Assembly: GCA_038141355.1 (NCBI GenBank)
Contig: JAYQHX010000002.1
Span: 1,214,478 to 1,278,477, forward strand
DNA: 64,000 bases
Source of the DNA: Methanobacteriota archaeon
GTDB taxonomy: Archaea > Thermoplasmatota > Poseidoniia > Poseidoniales > Poseidoniaceae
Direction of reading: 5' to 3'
Positions 62,458 to 64,000 of the stretch are shown here, piece after piece. The number at the start of each line of letters is the position of its first letter. The stretch's first letter is position 1. The notes under the pieces are model-generated. The model was not told where the DNA came from. It did not search any database and worked only from the letters and a program-made list of their open reading frames with translations. The position numbers and the translations under genes were made by a program.

Positions 62458-62543
62458 AATGCGCCGACCTGCTTCCCATATTTAACCCAAACCATCGCCG
62501 CATTACCTCTTAATTCAAGGGATGTCACCCTTTCGAGGTAGTT

Positions 62544-63317
62544 GTGCGTATTATCAGGTTACCTGGAATCCACCATGATTCGAACGCGATTATTTTTTCA
62601 GGTTCAGATTCAAATGTACTGATTGATGCTGGTACAACATGGCACCAAATGCTGCAAGTTGAGAGAATAATCGGACACGTTGGTGACGAAGGAACAATCG
62701 ATAATATCTTGCTTACTAGTCGCAGATATCCATTTTCAGGTGCTGCAAAATACATTAGTGAAGCATTTGACAATGCACCAATTTTTATTCACAACGATGC
62801 TATTTCTGTAATGGAAACCGGTGACTTTTTCTCAACTTGGGCTAATCGATATGATTCAGATATGCCTAGTACCAAATGTAATCCAATAGCACAAGGGGAC
62901 AATTTCAATTTGGGCGATGGCGCGATTGTTGCGCTTTCTTTACCCGGTCATTGCCCGGATGGTATGGGATTTTTTGAGAAAGACAGGGGGGTTCTTGTAA
63001 CTGGAGCGCTACTTCCAAGAGCAGATAACCCAACAAGATGGGATATGCCGGGTGGTAGCCTTCCCGAACTGATAACTTCTTTCAAAACAATTCATGACTT
63101 AAATCCACAAAGTATTGTCCCTGCGAGAGGGCCTTCAATAAGGGGAGAATCAAGAGTCGAGGAAGTAATTACTCAGCATCTCAATTTCTTTGAAGAATGT
63201 CAAGAAAATTCTGGTGCTGCACCAAGAAGTTGGCCCCGACCAGCGCGAACGGCGTATTATCTTGTTTCAGATCCGCCGTGGCCACTGAAAGAAAAAGAAT
63301 CTTCAAGCAATAAGTAA
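62544..63317 (+). CDS. MBL-fold protein with degenerate metal site
   Basis: VLIDAG, LLTSRRYPFSG in place of THxHxDHxG, LPGHCPD, VTGAL in place of GD, PARGP in place of PGHG. Confidence 0.75.
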   Translation: MRIIRLPGIHHDSNAIIFSGSDSNVLIDAGTTWHQMLQVERIIGHVGDEGTIDNILLTSRRYPFSGAAKYISEAFDNAPIFIHNDAISVMETGDFFSTWANRYDSDMPSTKCNPIAQGDNFNLGDGAIVALSLPGHCPDGMGFFEKDRGVLVTGALLPRADNPTRWDMPGGSLPELITSFKTIHDLNPQSIVPARGPSIRGESRVEEVITQHLNFFEECQENSGAAPRSWPRPARTAYYLVSDPPWPLKEKESSSNK

Positions 63318-63800
63318 GGTCTTTTCTCCAAGCCAATCTACTACTTTTCTGTCCCATCCTTGATGGATATGTAAGTTGGTTCCCTCGACCTTCAATGCGG
63401 AAGCTGGTCCATCCAACTCGAATAATGTCACTTTGTTATCTGGAACATTTTGGCCTACAATGTGGACCTTGCCATCTTCACAACCGACCAATATGCTTTC
63501 TCCGCTGATGGAAGAGCAACACAATGAACGAATTTTCGACATCCCGACAACATAACGGTCAATTAATTCCATTTGAGGTATTGAAACAAAACTAACCCCA
63601 CCATAGTCATCTCCTATGACAACTCTGTCGATCTTACCATTTGGGCCAATTAATCCTAACAAAACACTGGCTTGGGCTGCTATTTTCAGTCTTCTTTCTC
63701 TTTCCCCTTTTTGCTTCCAGATTATTGATGCATCATCTAATGCGACCAATGTACCATACTGCGTGACAAGGGACCTTATTACTGCTCTAAACTGTCTCAT
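63303..63800 (-). CDS. Hypothetical protein, beta-propeller/WD-like segment
   Basis: ILVGCEDGKVHIV and ELDGPASALKV resemble WD blades. Confidence 0.55.
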   Translation of the reverse strand: MRQFRAVIRSLVTQYGTLVALDDASIIWKQKGERERRLKIAAQASVLLGLIGPNGKIDRVVIGDDYGGVSFVSIPQMELIDRYVVGMSKIRSLCCSSISGESILVGCEDGKVHIVGQNVPDNKVTLFELDGPASALKVEGTNLHIHQGWDRKVVDWLGEKTLLIA

Positions 63801-63867
63801 GACATCTGAAACAGGGCACTACGGTACTGATGCTTTTTCATGACACATTAAGTGAAAGTGAAAGTGA

Positions 63868-63999
63868 TTAGTACTGGGTGTTTTTATCTTCCTTGTTATC
63901 CTTTTTCCAGACCTTGTAGCAATTCTTGCAAACCCGAACTCGATTTTTACGGACCGTAAAGCTACCTTCTCCCCAGGTTTCTATGCCATTCTCTTGGCT
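63868..63999 (-). CDS. 3' end of a gene running off the window (contains CxxC)
   Basis: Open frame ...GEGSFTVRKNRVRVCKNCYKVWKKDNKEDKNTQY-stop. Confidence 0.45.
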   Translation of the reverse strand, partial: SQENGIETWGEGSFTVRKNRVRVCKNCYKVWKKDNKEDKNTQY

Positions 64000-64000
64000 T

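Noticed and set aside
63851-63867. Short GTGAAA tandem in the intergenic region
   Set aside because: Only about 2.5 copies; compatible with chance or a T-rich terminator on the minus strand.
1-64000. Numerous 60-180 aa antisense or nested ORFs in the track (e.g. 47601..48140, 57301..57753, 46521..46955)
   Set aside because: They overlap well-supported genes and show no independent motifs; they are shadow ORFs.

Overview
Archaeal chromosomal DNA, most consistent with Marine Group II (Ca. Poseidoniales, Thermoplasmatota). Archaeal markers are archaeal-type PheS, RFC small subunit, membrane LonB, L40e, UPF0147, TrmI, an A24 peptidase and a BHB-intron tRNA-Met. Bacterial-type metK, folD and panB and very large acidic surface proteins are also present. 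About 45 genes and 2 tRNAs; no CRISPR array, rRNA, integrase or transposase seen. Eleven genes, several essential, are split by 1-2 nt indels, mostly in short homopolymers. I read these as long-read consensus errors and report the joined genes. Main points of interest: (1) a ~1000-aa protein with CD36/scavenger-receptor-B motifs along its length and the two-TM hairpin topology, near an MMPL transporter; (2) a ~12-kb catabolic cluster with both 2-aminophenol 1,6-dioxygenase subunits (alpha fused to a RidA-type deaminase), an aminomuconate-semialdehyde-type ALDH, an SDR, a luciferase-like monooxygenase, a variant class-3 asparaginase, an alpha/beta hydrolase and an EF-hand-fused APC permease; (3) a GPI ethanolamine-phosphate-transferase-like membrane enzyme; (4) a ~3020-aa seven-module DNRLRE-like surface protein, and Trp-rich cytoplasmic tails on several surface proteins; (5) a recurring nnTTCAA element 31-33 nt upstream of start codons. 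All family calls come from motif recognition, not database searches.
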